Positions 27,301-29,003 of a DNA stretch of 29,003 nucleotides are shown here, one piece after another. Each line of letters opens with the position of its first letter. The first letter of the stretch is position 1. The notes beneath the pieces were generated by a model, which was not told the DNA's origin, searched no databases, and worked only from the letters and a program-made list of their open reading frames with translations. The stretch is from contig CAISKC010000126.1 in assembly GCA_903885895.1 (NCBI GenBank), positions 1 through 29,003 on the forward strand, written 5' to 3'. The DNA comes from an uncultured Legionella sp. GTDB taxonomy: Bacteria; Pseudomonadota; Gammaproteobacteria; Legionellales; Legionellaceae. A program made the position numbers and the translations under genes.

Positions 27301-28215
27301 TCGGCGCATATTGCACGTTTGAATATGGCAGCATTGCAATCATCCTCACATAAGAAATGGACCCCTAAGATGGCATCGATTCCTAATCTTGATTTGAAGG
27401 TGGATCAAATCAATTATAAGGGTGTAGAGATCGGTACCATCAGTTTAAACTCTTCGACCAAACCAGGACATTGGACTTTAAATAGTTGCACGATACAGGC
27501 GCCGGAATATCAATTAAATCTGCAAGGTGATTGGGTTGAACAGGATCAGCAAAGTGCTTCTAGCATTGAAGCGCAATTGCATATAGTTAGTTTGATGAAA
27601 GCGTTTGAGCGTTGGAACATGACGCCGGCAGTGGATGCTCATTTTGGACAAATGACACTTTCAGGAAAATGGCCAGGTGCATTTTATGATCTTTCCTTTC
27701 AGCAATTGAGTGGTAAAACATCTTTGGTTTTAAAAAATGGATATATCAGTCATTTGGATCGAGAAACAGAACAGAAATTAGGGTTAGGCAAATTATTGAG
27801 TATTTTGAGTTTGCAAACAATTCCACGACGTTTAAAATTGGATTTTAGTGATTTGGTGCAACAGGGTTACACTTTTGATGTATTCAAAGGTAATTTTAAA
27901 ATCCGACGTGGTGTGATGAGCACCGATGATAGTTTTATCGATGGCCCCGTCGCATTTGGACGGATGAAAGGTGATTTGGATTTGGTAAATAAATTGTATG
28001 ATTTGGATTTACGCATTTACCCTTATATTACAGCCAGTTTGCCCATGGTCGTGACATTAGCTGGCGGTGGCCCTATCGCGGGGATTGCGACCTGGGCAAT
28101 CTCGAGTTTGGCCTCTAAGGGGATGCAAAAAATCTCTGGTTACACGTATAAAATTTCAGGTCCATGGTTGAATCCTGTGGTACAGCAAGTAAGTATTGAT
28201 AAGAGTGTGCATTGA
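24358..28215 (+). CDS. yhdP: YhdP family AsmA-like bridge protein (TIGR02099-like)
   Basis: 1285 aa; N-terminal TM anchor followed by FRALTPWV..YR, long beta-rich body, C-terminal LKLDFSDL..QGYTFD, GDLDLVNKLYD...P, YKISGPW.NP; ATGA overlap with the lolA stop. Confidence 0.88.
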   Translation: MRRLRKKFWQGTGTRISKHGLLTVFRHTWSLLAVFLVALAIFFTLFRALTPWVKQYRDQIQQELSVWVGQSITIHDVETTWYWFTPVLRFNQMVISDEQDHVLRFNQVMVGIDLFSSLLHWQLQPGVLYVDEAHFKIQQQDDIWQIEGFDLPNKLQKSDKPSSLLPFLGLLVAQDKLIIKHISADITLRDGKHIPLQSLHIKADHHAQDYRIYAQAIITGKPDVHMTMVAKVMMDGNDFETLSGQIYWSVNRTNLAWIQTYFPQMPVQIKQGTGGGEAWVDIVHGHLKTVQARVELSDLTVLEPNRTKPRTLPTVTANMAWQHLSSGWRVTADHCLLSMDGIAWPENAFIFEYREPIAEYRGYVKTLPLKQLLQTDFSWPKEMEPILALKPRGNLYNTQLSWQNGQVRDVLTKFSDLSWRAKKNMPGLTGLSGAVYWQPTEGHLDVDGENTVLSLRKSLAPITFDTFNISLNWQYLSQGLRLSLDRLVLSHPNLVLSATGVLDDPIGPAANLRLQMDFSAKEAQFWLPYIPSKGLKPKLDVWLKQDIPRIAHASGRMQISGPLADFPFDDNQKGTFSIQSHVNGVDILINEAWPMNADIDADINVSGRMLRADVDQANLAGVTLHQVSISVPDIGMGKEVFLLHGMVKAPGDQIKSYVFATPLVKRFARWQAVSVKDLLGLELSLEVPLYPESDHVYAKGILDFDQNAVAVAVVDNAAEFSGVTGHLHFNESGLTSGGLDGSLDGYPFAMGVQPLLGPQAGTEMRFEGEIAIDYLKYLVHHPVFSLMQGRAIVTGLWTVYPDNAETDKLYLNSSLVGMALHLPKPFGKSTAEIVPLTVNIDFSPKQRMDFQVHYGQQVTGLFTMQKNAQQNWLTTGGFHLGEGSFPKTNASGLRISGLLSNVDMDAWQRVWEKWPQESSSASLLTSLNDVDLSLGNMSFSGMNYANVSLHAHQNTPKEWLFKVQQKDIAGDFTYNWSKNTLSAHIARLNMAALQSSSHKKWTPKMASIPNLDLKVDQINYKGVEIGTISLNSSTKPGHWTLNSCTIQAPEYQLNLQGDWVEQDQQSASSIEAQLHIVSLMKAFERWNMTPAVDAHFGQMTLSGKWPGAFYDLSFQQLSGKTSLVLKNGYISHLDRETEQKLGLGKLLSILSLQTIPRRLKLDFSDLVQQGYTFDVFKGNFKIRRGVMSTDDSFIDGPVAFGRMKGDLDLVNKLYDLDLRIYPYITASLPMVVTLAGGGPIAGIATWAISSLASKGMQKISGYTYKISGPWLNPVVQQVSIDKSVH

Positions 28216-28361
28216 GGGCTCACCTCTCCCTTTCAGGAGAGAAAAATTATGAAATTTGTTTATCTCAAAGAGTTTGCTTCACCAAACAGTGTTTGTTTTT
28301 CTTTTGTTTAGGGTCCATATATGTCAACAGACCCTAGTATAATGAGATTTAAGTCTGGCGT

Positions 28362-28835
28362 TCAATTGTGATTCGTGCGGGTTGTTCGTTTGGATATTTT
28401 TTTATCTAGATCGGTAGACTCTAGTTCTCTGTGCCGTTTTCCTTTTTTACTATCAAATAATGCTGGAGAGCCGCGATCAGAGGTTAATACAGATAAAGAA
28501 GATTGAAATCCCGAGATTGGTTGTTCTTTTGCTAGTTTTTTTTGTTTTACTTGTGCAGTTGATTGTTGAATAGCTAATTTAAAATGATTCAACAACTCCT
28601 GAGTTCGGCAAGAATTACGTGCTGAAGCCAATAGAACATCATAAATAAACTCATCTTCTTCGTTTTTGTTAGAAAATTCCGTCTCTGACACGGACAGTAA
28701 TCTTGCACATTTATCTTCAAAAGTTTCATGATTCATACCTCCTGATACAAACCAAATCACTGCTTTTGTTAGTGCAGGACTTATATCTGGAAACTCCTGC
28801 CGTAATTGTTTGTGAAGTTTTGTTAACATTGTCAT
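28362..28835 (-). CDS. Hypothetical helical protein, possibly the 3' part of a longer frameshifted gene; candidate effector
   Basis: 157 aa; no family recognised; weak SD; charged low-complexity C-terminal tail. Confidence 0.6.
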   Translation of the reverse strand: MTMLTKLHKQLRQEFPDISPALTKAVIWFVSGGMNHETFEDKCARLLSVSETEFSNKNEEDEFIYDVLLASARNSCRTQELLNHFKLAIQQSTAQVKQKKLAKEQPISGFQSSLSVLTSDRGSPALFDSKKGKRHRELESTDLDKKISKRTTRTNHN

Positions 28836-28864
28836 AGCTAATTTCTCATGTTTTTGAAAAAGAA

Positions 28865-29003
28865 TTAAAACCCGTTACTGTTTCTAGGTCTTTCTCCATA
28901 TTTAACCTTTTTCTTCGATTGTTCAATAGCATCACTTTCCATAGATGATAGTTTTTTACTTAATGTTTGGTAGTCTTCATTTTGATTTAAAATGTTTACC
29001 GCC
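28865..29003 (-). CDS. 3' end of a hypothetical ORF entering from outside the window
   Basis: Frame from 29002 is open for 45 codons (AVNILNQNEDYQTLSKKLSSMESDAIEQSKKKVKYGERPRNSNGF) to TAA at 28865-28867; the other two minus frames stop within 9 codons of the edge. Confidence 0.5.
   Translation of the reverse strand, partial: AVNILNQNEDYQTLSKKLSSMESDAIEQSKKKVKYGERPRNSNGF

Noticed and set aside
28224-28336. Two small hairpins after yhdP and a 20-aa ORF (28249-28311) with an AGGAG SD
   Set aside because: T-runs are on the wrong side for intrinsic termination on either strand, stems are only 6-7 bp, and the peptide has no recognisable feature.

Overview
Chromosomal backbone segment of a Legionellales (Legionella-like) gammaproteobacterium. 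Left to right: a 3'-truncated icmH/dotU (Dot/Icm T4BSS component, absent from the ORF track) directly downstream of a minus-strand gpmI-envC-ctpA cluster; a divergent envelope operon uppS-cdsA-rseP-bamA-skp-[no lpxD; palindromic elements instead]-fabZ-lpxA; an accessory islet of orphan helical genes (a 480-aa coiled-coil protein and a 269-codon gene broken by one in-frame TAA) plus a small secreted protein; pncC/cinA and a dienelactone hydrolase; a TPR-methyltransferase overlapping a membrane fatty-acid desaturase; a second small secreted protein; trxB; an ftsK-lolA-yhdP run; and further orphan ORF(s) at the right edge. At least seven palindromic/MITE-like elements of several sequence types sit in intergenic gaps, two with target-site-duplication-like direct repeats. 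I saw no tRNA, rRNA, CRISPR array, integrase or transposase. Gene assignments rest on motifs read from the translations and on recalled family knowledge; no database search was run.
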